Assembly (NCBI GenBank): GCA_963785755.1
Contig: CAWAXG010000075.1
Location: 676,837-740,836 of the forward strand
DNA from: an uncultured Acidobacteriota bacterium
GTDB taxonomy: Bacteria > Acidobacteriota > Vicinamibacteria > Vicinamibacterales > 2-12-FULL-66-21
Length of the DNA: 64,000 nt
Direction: 5' to 3'
In this document: piece after piece, positions 30,209 to 39,056 of the stretch
How the letters are laid out: each line of letters starts with the position of its first letter
Position numbering within the stretch: position 1 is the first letter of the stretch
Notes under the pieces: model-generated
The model's database searches: none
Told to the model about the DNA's origin: nothing
What the model saw: the letters and a program-made list of their open reading frames with translations, nothing else
Position numbers and translations under genes: made by a program

Positions 30209-30787
30209 TCAGAAATCGAAGAACACCGTTTCCCGATCTCCCTGGAGATGAATGGCGAAGTCCCATGTGTCCGGCGAGTCCCCGGCCGGCGACGCGAGTA
30301 GCGTCTCACGCCGGCTGGCCGGCACGAGCGCAAGGATCGGATCGGCGGCGAGCCCGGCGCCGCCGGCGAAATAGATGCGGGTGTAGACCTGACGCAGCAG
30401 GCCGCGCGCGAGCAGGCACACATTGATGTGCGCCGCCTGCGCCGGCCCGGCGCCGGCCGGCACCGGACCGGGATGGATCGTCTCGAAGACACACGCGCCG
30501 TTCCCGTCGGTCGGCAGCCGTCCGAAGCCGGTGAAAGTTTCGGCTGGTTCGCCGCTGGGCGATCGCTGCGGATACGCGCCCTGACGATCGGCGTGGTAGA
30601 TCTCGACCAGCGCATCGGGAACGGGCATCCCGTCACCGTCGAAAACTCGCACCCGCACCTTGATGCGCGCTCCAGCGTCGTTCGTGGCCGCGATGCGGCC
30701 GAGCGCGTCGTTGGTCGCCAGGCCGAAATGAAAGAACGGCCCGACCGTCTGCGACGGACTCGCGATCGGCCGGCTCTCGTCGGTCAT
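30209..30787 (-). CDS. pcaG: Protocatechuate 3,4-dioxygenase alpha subunit
   Basis: 192 aa from ATG 30787, with a 4-nt overlap with the pcaH stop. N-terminal PSQTVGPFFHFGL typical of PcaG. Confidence 0.85.
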   Translation of the reverse strand: MTDESRPIASPSQTVGPFFHFGLATNDALGRIAATNDAGARIKVRVRVFDGDGMPVPDALVEIYHADRQGAYPQRSPSGEPAETFTGFGRLPTDGNGACVFETIHPGPVPAGAGPAQAAHINVCLLARGLLRQVYTRIYFAGGAGLAADPILALVPASRRETLLASPAGDSPDTWDFAIHLQGDRETVFFDF

Positions 30788-31479
30788 GTGCGCTGCTCGA
30801 ACGGCGTCGAGTGGCGGCCGCGCAGCACGATGTCGAACCGGTAGCCGAGCGCCCACTCGGGTTCGGTGAGGCCCAGATCGAACTGCGAGATCAGCCGCTG
30901 GCGCGCCCGCTCGTCGGGAATCGACTGAAAGATCGGATCGTGCGGAAACAGCGGATCGTTGGGAAAGTACATCTGCGTGACCAGCCGCGACAGGAACGAC
31001 GTGCCGAACAGCGAGAAGTGAATGTGCGCGGGCCGCCACGCGTTCGGGTGATTGCGCCACGGATACGCACCCGGCTTGATGGTCACGAACCGGTAGCGCC
31101 CGTCGGCGTCGGTCATCGTCCGCCCCGCGCCGGTGAAATTCGGATCGAGCGGCGCCGGATGATCGTCCCGGGCATGAATGTACCGGCCGGCGGCATTGCA
31201 CTGCCAGAGCTCGATCAAGGTGTTCGGCACCGCGCGACCATCCTCGTCGATCACACGTCCGGCCACCACGATCCGCTCGCCTTGCGGCTCGCCGGCATGC
31301 TGGCGCGTGAGATCGTTGTCCACCTCTCCTATCGGCAGGTCGCCGAACAGCGGCGAGGCCAGATCCGTGAAGGTGCCGGGGATGCGGATCTGCGGCTGCT
31401 GCGGCGCGCGCCGGATGGTCGACTGGTACGGCGGATAGAAGAGCGACGGCTGGCTGTGCTGGCAATCCTGGCTGCTCAT
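30784..31479 (-). CDS. pcaH: Protocatechuate 3,4-dioxygenase beta subunit
   Basis: 231 aa. Intradiol dioxygenase core ELWQCNAAGRYIH...TIKPGAYPWRNHPNAWRPAHIHFSLFG. Confidence 0.9.
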   Translation of the reverse strand: MSSQDCQHSQPSLFYPPYQSTIRRAPQQPQIRIPGTFTDLASPLFGDLPIGEVDNDLTRQHAGEPQGERIVVAGRVIDEDGRAVPNTLIELWQCNAAGRYIHARDDHPAPLDPNFTGAGRTMTDADGRYRFVTIKPGAYPWRNHPNAWRPAHIHFSLFGTSFLSRLVTQMYFPNDPLFPHDPIFQSIPDERARQRLISQFDLGLTEPEWALGYRFDIVLRGRHSTPFEQRT

Positions 31480-31519
31480 GCGCGCAGGATGATGATACCG
31501 TCTCCCGGGAACGGCCGGG

Positions 31520-32617
31520 TCAACCCCACACCTCCTTCGCGACCAGCCCGACGAGCTCGAGCTTCCGCCGCTGATCGTCCGGCGACACGCTGTTTCCCTC
31601 GTGCGTCGACGCGAAGCCGCACTGAGGGCTCAACGCCAGCCGTTCGAGGGGAACAATCTTCGAGGCCTCGGCAATGCGGGTCCGGATCTCCTCCTGGCTC
31701 TCGAGACGCGGCACCTTGGTGCTGATCAATCCGAGCACGACAATGCGGTCGTCCGGGACGTGGCGCAGAGGCTCGAACGTGCCCGACCGTTCATCGTCGT
31801 ACTCGAGCAGGAACCGATCGAACCTGGCGCGGGTGAAGATCCGCGCCGCGATCCGGTCGTAGCCGCCCGACGCGTAGAACATGCTCTTGTGATTGCCGCG
31901 GCAGATGTGGATGCCGAAGGTGATGCCGGGGTGGCCCTCGATGATCGCGTTGTCGAGCTCGATGCACGCGTCGAGCATACGATCCGGATCGTTGCCGCGC
32001 TGCCGGTAGCCCTCGCGGATGTTCTCGTCGAGCAGCGCCGCGTACTGCGGCGCGTCGATCTGGACGTATTCGCAGCCGAGGCGGCCGAGCTCCGCGATCT
32101 CGCGACGGGTGAAATCGACGAGGTCCGCGAGATACGCGTCGCGCGTGGCGTAGGCACTGCGCGACCGGTCGGGATCGTAGTAGGCGGCGGCCTGCTGCGC
32201 GCTGATCAGCGTCACCTTCACGGGCCGGCGGGTCCGGCCGCGCAGGTAGGTGAACTCCTCGACGGCCATCTGCCGGCGCCATCGGAGCCTGTCCACGACC
32301 ACCGGCCGTTTCAACGCGGCCTGATGGCCGTCGTTGTCCCGGAACGTAATCGACCACCCCGCGTATTTGTCGAAGCCTTCGAGCGCCTCGACGAGGTGAC
32401 CGTAGAACGCGTAGCGCCGCAGCTCGCCGTCGGTGATCACATCGAGGCCGGCGGATTCCTGCAGCGCGACCGCCTCGTCTATTGCGCGATCCTCAATCGC
32501 CTTGAACGCGGCCGCGCCCAGTTCGCCGCGCTCGAGCTGGTCGCGCGCGGCGAGAAGGCTGGCCGGCCGAAGCAGGCTGCCGACGACGTCGGCTCTCCTG
32601 GAATGCTGCATCACCAT
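31520..32617 (-). CDS. MetE-like (cobalamin-independent methionine synthase C-terminal domain family) Zn methyltransferase homologue
   Basis: About 365 aa from ATG 32617 (the ORF opens at 32638, inside element B3). Candidate Zn ligands are retained: H-x-C in FGIHICRGN, Glu in LLEYDDE, Cys in LSPQCGFAS. Confidence 0.7.
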   Translation of the reverse strand: MVMQHSRRADVVGSLLRPASLLAARDQLERGELGAAAFKAIEDRAIDEAVALQESAGLDVITDGELRRYAFYGHLVEALEGFDKYAGWSITFRDNDGHQAALKRPVVVDRLRWRRQMAVEEFTYLRGRTRRPVKVTLISAQQAAAYYDPDRSRSAYATRDAYLADLVDFTRREIAELGRLGCEYVQIDAPQYAALLDENIREGYRQRGNDPDRMLDACIELDNAIIEGHPGITFGIHICRGNHKSMFYASGGYDRIAARIFTRARFDRFLLEYDDERSGTFEPLRHVPDDRIVVLGLISTKVPRLESQEEIRTRIAEASKIVPLERLALSPQCGFASTHEGNSVSPDDQRRKLELVGLVAKEVWG

Positions 32618-32627
32618 ACGCGATCTT

Positions 32628-32797
32628 CGTCGGTTCAAAGGTTCAGGAGTTCAAGCGGTTCGGGTTCAGGGGTTCAGCGGTTCAAGGGTTCGACAGGGTT
32701 CAGAGGTTCAACCTCCCGCGCGAACTCTCGAACGACTGAACCTGAACCTCTGAACCCGAACCCGTGAACGCCTGAACTGCTGAACGCTTGAACCGAC
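32628..32797. repeat. Family B simple-word palindrome, copy B3
   Basis: CGTCGGTTCA + ~10 GTTCR words, loop cctcccgcgcgaactctcgaacgac, then TGAAC words ending TGAACCGAC. Fills the gap between the pcaF stop (32802) and the MetE-like start. Confidence 0.9.
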
Positions 32798-32801
32798 TCC
32801 A

Positions 32802-34013
32802 TCAGACCTTTTCAATCACCATCGCAATTCCCTGTCCCACGCCTATGCACATCGTGCACAGCGCATAGCGGCCGCCGAGGCGCCGGAGCTGATACATCGC
32901 CGTCGTGACCAGCCGCGCGCCGCTGGCGCCGAGGGGGTGGCCGATCGCAATCGCTCCGCCGAGCGGGTTCACATGCGGGGCATCGTCTGGAACGCCCAGT
33001 TCCCGGAGGACGGCGAGCGCCTGCGCCGCGAACGCCTCGTTCAACTCGATGACATCCATCTGATCGATCCGCAGGCCGGCGCGATCGAGCAGCTTTCGCG
33101 ACGCCGGCACCGGTCCGATCCCCATGACACGGGGAGCGACTCCCGCGACCGCCGCCGCGACGTATCGCGCCCGGGGGCGAAGGCTGTATTCCGTCACCGC
33201 CTTTTCCGAAGCAAGCAGCAGCGCGCAGGCACCGTCATTGATGCCCGACGCGTTGCCGGCGGTCACCGAGCCGTCGGGCCGGACGACGGGCTTGAGCTTC
33301 GAGAGCGCCTCGCGGGTCGTGTCGGGACGCGGGTGCTCATCGGTCTCGACGTTGACGGCCCCCTTGCGCTGATGGACGCTGACCGGAACGATTTCATCGG
33401 CGAGCCGGCCGTCGGCGATCGCCGCCGCCGCGCGCTGCTGGCTGCGAAACGCGAACGCGTCCTGATCCTCGCGGGACACGCCGTACGCCGCGGCGACGTT
33501 CTCCGCCGTTTCGGCCATCGAGTCGATGCCGTACGCCTCCTGCATCCGGGGATTGACGAACCGCCAGCCGAGCGTGCTGTCTTCGAACTTGATCGAACGG
33601 GAGAACGGCGCGTCGGTCTTGCTCATGACGAACGGCGCCCGCGACATGCTCTCGACACCGCCGGCGACAACCAGATCCATTTCACCCGTGGCAATCGCCC
33701 GGGCGGCGATCGCGACTGCCTCCAGGCTGGACCCGCAGAGCCGGTTGACCGTCACGCCGGGCACATCCTCGGGAAGCCCCGCGAGCAGCAACGCCATCCG
33801 CGCGACGTTCCGGTTGTCCTCGCCAGCCTGATTGGCGCAGCCATAGATCACGTCATCGATCCGGTGCCAGTCGACCCGGGAGTTGCGATGACGGAGCGCC
33901 TGAATGGGCACCGCGGCGAGATCATCGGTGCGAACGCCGGCGAGTGCCCCGCCATACCGTCCGAACGGGGTCCGCACCGCATCGCAGATATACACTGCAT
34001 TCGAGTCGGGCAT
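32802..34013 (-). CDS. pcaF: 3-oxoadipyl-CoA thiolase / acetyl-CoA C-acyltransferase
   Basis: 403 aa. N-terminus [29 protein letters not shown] and [22 protein letters not shown] are typical of PcaF/PaaJ thiolases. Active-site NRLCGSS and C-terminal CIGVGQG. Confidence 0.85.
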   Translation of the reverse strand: MPDSNAVYICDAVRTPFGRYGGALAGVRTDDLAAVPIQALRHRNSRVDWHRIDDVIYGCANQAGEDNRNVARMALLLAGLPEDVPGVTVNRLCGSSLEAVAIAARAIATGEMDLVVAGGVESMSRAPFVMSKTDAPFSRSIKFEDSTLGWRFVNPRMQEAYGIDSMAETAENVAAAYGVSREDQDAFAFRSQQRAAAAIADGRLADEIVPVSVHQRKGAVNVETDEHPRPDTTREALSKLKPVVRPDGSVTAGNASGINDGACALLLASEKAVTEYSLRPRARYVAAAVAGVAPRVMGIGPVPASRKLLDRAGLRIDQMDVIELNEAFAAQALAVLRELGVPDDAPHVNPLGGAIAIGHPLGASGARLVTTAMYQLRRLGGRYALCTMCIGVGQGIAMVIEKV

Positions 34014-34030
34014 TGTCTCCTCATGGATCT

Positions 34031-34296
34031 CGTCGGTTCAGTAGTTCAAGGGTTCAAGGGTTCACGGGTTCGGGTTCAGAGGTTCAAAGGTTCGATTCAG
34101 CGTTCAAAGGTTCAAAGGTTCGATGCGGTTGCTCGAGCGACCGCGCGCCAGCGAGCGCGGCTGAGTTCCAGTTGAACATTTGAACCACGGACGCCGAACC
34201 TGAACTCTTGAACCTTGGAACTCTTGAACTCTTGAACCTTGAACCTTGAACCCTTGAACCCTTGAACCCTTGAACCCCTGAACCTTTGAACCGACG
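34031..34296. repeat. Family B simple-word palindrome, copy B4 (largest)
   Basis: CGTCGGTTCA + ~11 GTTCR words (to ~34125), a 45-nt GC loop with its own small stem (ccgcgc...gcgcgg), then ~14 TGAAC words ending TGAACCGACG. Occupies most of the divergent region between pcaF (start 34013) and the cytochrome c gene (start 34347). Confidence 0.9.
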
Positions 34297-34346
34297 ACAA
34301 TCCAGCATCGTACAACCGCCCCGATTGTCTGTATCATCGAGTTGAA

Positions 34347-35465
34347 ATGAGCATCAGGATTCCCCACCGAATATGGCGTGCGGGCTCGCTCGTCGGACTG
34401 GCTCTGGTCACTCTGGTCTGGGCGTCCGGATTGGCGCAGGAAACGGCGAAGCCGGCGCAGGTGTCGACAGAGGATGCCCGCGGTCAGGAGACCTTCCTGC
34501 GGGTCTGTTTGAAGTGCCACCCGGCGGAACGCGTGACCGCCGAGGGGCGATCGCGCTCGCAATGGGAAAACACGATGATCGCGATGCAGACTTCGCGCGG
34601 CGCCGTGATCACACCGGAAGAGTTCGACATCGTCTTGAACTACCTGACGAAGTTTCACGGACGGGATGGCGCGCCAGCTCCGGGCGGAGCTGCGCCGGCG
34701 GCGGCCGGGCGTGGGCCGCGCGCGAACGTCGGCGCGGCGGACCGGCATCGTGTGGAACCAGCCGCTGCCGCGCGCGGCCAGAAGATCTACGCCGCCGAGT
34801 GCGTCACGTGTCACGGTGCGAGCGCGCGCGGAACCGAGCGCGGGCCGAACCTGATCCGATCGACCAGGGTCCTGCGCGACCGCTACGGCAGCGCGATTGG
34901 CCCGCTGCTCAAGCAGGGCCACCCCATGCAGACCGCGACGTCGAGCGCCAGCCTGACGACGGAGCAGATCACCGATCTCTCCCACTTCATCTGGGATCGC
35001 ATCAATAACACGCTGCGAGGATCCCCGGAGTTCGACGTCAAGAACGTCCTGAGCGGGGACCCAAAGGCCGGCGAGGCCTATTTCACGGGCGAAGGCCGCT
35101 GCAGCACGTGTCACTCGTCGACCGGCGACCTCGCGGGCTACGGCAAGCGCTATCAGCCGGTCGACATCCAGCAGCGCTTCGTCTTCCCGTTTGCGCTCGG
35201 TGGGCGCGGCCGGGGCGCAGGCCGACAGCAGGTCGTCGTCACGGTGACGATTCCCGGCCGGCCGCCGGTCTCGGGCGTCCTCGTCAGCATGGACGACTTC
35301 CACGTCGCGCTGCGCGATTCGGCCGGCGACTACAGGTCGTGGGCCCGCACGGACGACATGAAGATCGCGAGAAAAGACCCGTTCGCCGCGCACGTGGAGC
35401 TGCTCGACCGCCTCACGGACAAGACCATGCACGACGTCGTCGCTTATCTGGAGTCGTTGAAATGA
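34347..35465 (+). CDS. Exported tri-haem c-type cytochrome
   Basis: 372 aa. Signal peptide ...LVTLVWASGLAQE. Three CxxCH motifs (CLKCH, CVTCH, CSTCH). Directly upstream of a PQQ dehydrogenase. Confidence 0.8.
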   Translation: MSIRIPHRIWRAGSLVGLALVTLVWASGLAQETAKPAQVSTEDARGQETFLRVCLKCHPAERVTAEGRSRSQWENTMIAMQTSRGAVITPEEFDIVLNYLTKFHGRDGAPAPGGAAPAAAGRGPRANVGAADRHRVEPAAAARGQKIYAAECVTCHGASARGTERGPNLIRSTRVLRDRYGSAIGPLLKQGHPMQTATSSASLTTEQITDLSHFIWDRINNTLRGSPEFDVKNVLSGDPKAGEAYFTGEGRCSTCHSSTGDLAGYGKRYQPVDIQQRFVFPFALGGRGRGAGRQQVVVTVTIPGRPPVSGVLVSMDDFHVALRDSAGDYRSWARTDDMKIARKDPFAAHVELLDRLTDKTMHDVVAYLESLK

Positions 35466-35485
35466 GATGGAGCACTATGACTAAC

Positions 35486-35605
35486 GTCCTCAACTCCCAA
35501 CTCTCCAACTTCGCCCCGCCTCCGCGCAGCGCGATCGGCATCGACGCGTCGCCGGAGCGCGGCGGAGAATCGGCGAGTTGGGAGTTATCGCAGACTCTTG
35601 TTGAC
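35486..35605. repeat. Family A simple-word hairpin element, copy A4
   Basis: Left arm gtcctcaactcccaactctccaacttcgcc, a ~55-nt GC loop, and a short right arm ggcgagttgggagtt. A GTTGAC word at 35600-35605 overlaps the TTG start codons of the next gene. Confidence 0.7.
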
Positions 35606-37178
35606 AGCCCTGGCCTTCGTCGCAGCCGCCTCCATGCTGGTGAGCGCCCAGGGCCGCATGGATCCCGCGAAGCTGCTGAAGCCGGCGACCGACAGCTGGC
35701 CGACGTTCAATGGTGATTACTCCGGCCGGCGCTTCAGCCCGCTGACGAAGATCACGAACGGCAACGTGCAGCAGCTGAGTCTCGCGTGGATGCACCGGAT
35801 CACCGGCACGGGGCTGGGCGCCATCAAGAGCACACCGCTGCAGATCAACGGCGTCCTCTACTTCACCGTACCCGATCACGTCTGGGCCGTCGACGCCCGC
35901 ACCGGCCGCGAGATCTGGCACTACCAGTGGCAGACGACCGGCGGCAACCATCTGGGCAACCGCGGCGTCGCGGTGCACGAGGACTGGCTCTATTTCGAGA
36001 CGCCCGACTGCTTCCTCATCTCGCTGAACCTCAAGGACGGCAAGGAACGCTGGCGCAAGCAGATCTGCGACATCGACCGCTTCTACTACGCGTCGGTCGC
36101 GCCGACGATCATCAAGGATCAGCTGATCGTGGGCGTCAGCGGCGACGACTTCGATATCCCGGGCTACATCCAGTCGCACAACGCGGAGAGCGGCGAGTTC
36201 CAGTGGCGGTTCTATACCGTTCCGCAGAAGGCGGGCGATCCCGGATCGGAGAGCTGGCCGAACGAGGAGATGGCCAGGCACGGCGGCGGCATGACGTGGC
36301 AGCCGATCACCTACGACCCCGAGCTCAACTACGTCTTCGTGACCACCGGCAACCCGCAGCCGGTGATCGCGCACAAGAACCGCCCCGGCGACAATCTGTT
36401 CACCGGCTCGATCGTCGCGGTGCGCGCCGACTCCGGCTCATTGGCGTGGGCGTTCCAATCCTCACCGCACGACACGCACGACTGGGACTCGACGCAGACG
36501 GCGGTCTTGATCGACGACGAAGCCGGCGGACAGAAGCGCAAGCTGATTGCCCAGGCCGCCCGGAACGGCCACTACTTCCTGCTCGATCGCACCAACGGCA
36601 AAGCGATCGTCTCCGCTGAGTACGTCAAGAGCAACTGGTGGAAAGGCTACGACGCCAAGGGTCAGCCGATTCCCGACCCCGCCAAGATGCCGCAGGTCGA
36701 CGGCGCACTCGTGTCGCCGAACCAGGGCGGCGCGACCAACTGGCAATCGCCCAGCTTCAGCCCGCTGACCGGCCTGTTCTACGTGAGCGCCGCGCGCGCC
36801 TACAGCATCTATTACATCTACGACCCGAGCGAGAACCCGATGGGATGGGGCGGATTCGATCGCGGCGGCTGGTCCGAGTCGATGCTCCAGGCGATCGACT
36901 ACAAGACCGGCAAGGTTCGCTGGACGCACAAATGGGAGGGCAACGCGGCGCGCAGCGGGATCGTCAGCACCGCCGGCAACGTGCTGTTCACCGGCGGTCC
37001 CTCCAACGACATCGTCGCGCTCGACGCCACGACCGGAAAGGCGCTCTGGCATGCCGGCATCAACGGCCCGATCACGAATGGCCCTATTACCTACGAGCTC
37101 GATGGACGGCAGTACGTGATCGCTGCGTCGGGAGATACTCTTTGGGCGTTCGTGCTCAACTCCACGCCGTCGAAGTGA
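35598..37178 (+). CDS. PQQ-dependent dehydrogenase (quinoprotein alcohol/sugar dehydrogenase beta-propeller)
   Basis: 526 aa. TTG start (35598 or 35601), with no ATG/GTG upstream in frame. Signal-like LTALAFVAAASMLVSAQG. N-terminus WPTFNGDYSGRRFSPL and repeated propeller W-motifs. N-terminus uncertain. Confidence 0.8.
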   Translation: MLTALAFVAAASMLVSAQGRMDPAKLLKPATDSWPTFNGDYSGRRFSPLTKITNGNVQQLSLAWMHRITGTGLGAIKSTPLQINGVLYFTVPDHVWAVDARTGREIWHYQWQTTGGNHLGNRGVAVHEDWLYFETPDCFLISLNLKDGKERWRKQICDIDRFYYASVAPTIIKDQLIVGVSGDDFDIPGYIQSHNAESGEFQWRFYTVPQKAGDPGSESWPNEEMARHGGGMTWQPITYDPELNYVFVTTGNPQPVIAHKNRPGDNLFTGSIVAVRADSGSLAWAFQSSPHDTHDWDSTQTAVLIDDEAGGQKRKLIAQAARNGHYFLLDRTNGKAIVSAEYVKSNWWKGYDAKGQPIPDPAKMPQVDGALVSPNQGGATNWQSPSFSPLTGLFYVSAARAYSIYYIYDPSENPMGWGGFDRGGWSESMLQAIDYKTGKVRWTHKWEGNAARSGIVSTAGNVLFTGGPSNDIVALDATTGKALWHAGINGPITNGPITYELDGRQYVIAASGDTLWAFVLNSTPSK

Positions 37179-37195
37179 TGACGATGACTGAAGAC

Positions 37196-37356
37196 GTCAA
37201 CTTCCAACTCCCAATCTCCAACTCCCAACTTCCAAAGCGAATGGCTCGTAGCATTGGGGTGAAAATCGCAGCGATCTACCCGATTGCACCGGCTTTCACC
37301 CAGGCGAGTTCCGGCGACTCGCTTTGGGAGTTGGAGATCGGGAGTTGGGAGTTGAC
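37196..37356. repeat. Family A simple-word hairpin element, copy A5
   Basis: gtcaacttccaactcccaatctccaactcccaacttccaaagcga (37196-37240), a 77-nt loop, then tcgctttgggagttggagatcgggagttgggagttgac (37318-37356). The arms differ by one hexamer unit. Ends 13 nt before ATG 37369. Confidence 0.9.
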
Positions 37357-37368
37357 GAGAGTGCACCT

Positions 37369-38193
37369 ATGAAATTCGCGACCTGCAACGAACACTTCGA
37401 GGGCTGGGCGTTCGATCGGCTCTGCAAATACGTGAAGAGCGTGGGCTATGACGGCGTCGAGCTTGCCCCGTTTACACTCGCCCCACGGATCACCGATCTC
37501 GGGCCGGTCGAACGCGCGGTCCTGCGCGAGCAGGCAGACGTCGCCGGCGTGCAGATCATCGGCCTCCATTGGCTGCTCGCCGGCACACAGGGCTTCTATC
37601 TCACCTCCGCGGACGAGGAGACGCGCGCGCAGACCGGCGAGTATCTGATCGAGCTTGCGAAGGCGACGCGGGATCTCGGCGGCGACCTGATGGTGTTCGG
37701 ATCGCCGAAACAGCGGTCGCTGCTCCCCGGCGTGTCCTGGGATCAGGCGTTCGATTACGCCGCGGAGACCTTTCGCCGGGTCATGCCGGCAATCGCGGAC
37801 TGCGGCGTGATGCTGTGCATGGAGCCGCTGGCGCCGGTCGAGACGGATTTCATCAACACCTGCGCCGAGGGCGCGCGTCTCATGGAAGCCGTGGCGCATC
37901 CCAACTTCGTCCTGCACCTGGATGTGAAGGCGATGTCGAGCGAGGACCGGCCCGTCGTCGATCTGATTCGCCAGTACATCCCGCGCACCGGCCACTTCCA
38001 CGCCAACGACCCGAACAAGCGGGGACCCGGGTTCGGCGACGTCGACTTCGTCCCGATCTTCCGCGCCCTGCGCGAGTCCGGCTATGACCGGTGGGTTTCA
38101 GTGGAGGTCTTCGACTACACCCCGGACCCCGAAACCATCGCGAGCAAGAGCATCGAATATATGAGGGAGACGGCTGGACGCTATTTCGATTGA
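37369..38193 (+). CDS. Sugar phosphate isomerase/epimerase (xylose isomerase-like TIM barrel)
   Basis: 274 aa from ATG 37369 (the ORF opens inside element A5). AP-endonuclease-2/TIM-barrel family pattern (...GYDGVELAP..., ...CMEPL..., ...HFHAND..., ...WVSVEVF). Confidence 0.8.
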   Translation: MKFATCNEHFEGWAFDRLCKYVKSVGYDGVELAPFTLAPRITDLGPVERAVLREQADVAGVQIIGLHWLLAGTQGFYLTSADEETRAQTGEYLIELAKATRDLGGDLMVFGSPKQRSLLPGVSWDQAFDYAAETFRRVMPAIADCGVMLCMEPLAPVETDFINTCAEGARLMEAVAHPNFVLHLDVKAMSSEDRPVVDLIRQYIPRTGHFHANDPNKRGPGFGDVDFVPIFRALRESGYDRWVSVEVFDYTPDPETIASKSIEYMRETAGRYFD

Positions 38194-39056
38194 CCGCCGG
38201 ACCGCGTGAGATCCCGCAGATTCCGGCCGCAGATCGTGCTGGCCTCGAACTTGTCCCCCTTGGGACCGGTCCAGTGCGTCTCCAGGCTGATCCAGCCCTT
38301 GTAGCCATCGCGCTCGAGCGCGCTGATCTGCCCTTTCCAGTCGATCCCCATCTCACCGACCGGGCCCCAGGTCGGCTTGAAATCCTTCACGTAACAGTCC
38401 TTGGCGTGCACGTGGACGATCTGATCCGCGGGGAGCATCGCGTACCCCTCGGGGAACGGTTTCTCTCCGAGGATCGACGCGTTCGCCGGATCCCAGAGGA
38501 TCTTGACGGCCGGATGCCGGAAGCTGGCGAACAGCTTCGCCGTTTCGCCCGCGGTCGCCACATTGCACGCGTGCTCGTTCTCGAGGGCAATGACGACGCC
38601 GCGCTTCGCGGCTTCGTCACCGAGCGCCTGAAGCGCGGCCGCGACGCGGTCGTAGGTGCGCTCCGGCTCGACGGTCCGCCAGTACCAGAACACGCGGATG
38701 ATCCGCGCGCCGGCCCGCTCGGCGACTTCGAACGCCCGCTGCGTGAGCCGCGGCTGATCCTCGTAGGTATGAGCCGAGCCGAACACGTCGTGCTGGACGC
38801 GGCTGTCCAGCGCCGGAGCATCCGGCAGCACACACTTCAGGAGCGGTGAGGCCAGCGAGACGACTTCCATGCCGTGGGCTTTGACCGCCGCGCGCACGCG
38901 ATCGACTTCGTCATCGCTCAGATCGATCATGTTCCGGCCGAACGCGACCCGCAGTTCCGCGCCGGTCATGCCGACATCCGCCATGCCCTTGAGAGCCGAC
39001 TCGAGATCGTTCGGCGAGAATTCGTCGGTGATGGCCGCGATGGGATAGACGCTCAT
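38181..39056 (-). CDS. Sugar phosphate isomerase/epimerase (xylose isomerase-like TIM barrel)
   Basis: 291 aa from ATG 39056 (ATGA overlap with the MFS stop). ...VIALENEH..., ...HVHAKD..., ...WISLETH. Its 3' end overlaps the convergent gene by 13 nt. Confidence 0.8.
   Translation of the reverse strand: MSVYPIAAITDEFSPNDLESALKGMADVGMTGAELRVAFGRNMIDLSDDEVDRVRAAVKAHGMEVVSLASPLLKCVLPDAPALDSRVQHDVFGSAHTYEDQPRLTQRAFEVAERAGARIIRVFWYWRTVEPERTYDRVAAALQALGDEAAKRGVVIALENEHACNVATAGETAKLFASFRHPAVKILWDPANASILGEKPFPEGYAMLPADQIVHVHAKDCYVKDFKPTWGPVGEMGIDWKGQISALERDGYKGWISLETHWTGPKGDKFEASTICGRNLRDLTRSGGQSK

Noticed and set aside
34084-34315. ORFs translated through the repeat elements, e.g. 34084..34308, 34112..34315, 25402..25737, 32433..32753, 44690..45016, 62446..62805, 62567..62773 and 820..1044.
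   Set aside because: Their peptides are periodic translations of the tandem words (RFKGSGVQGFKGS...). They have no start context and overlap palindromes, so they are artefacts.
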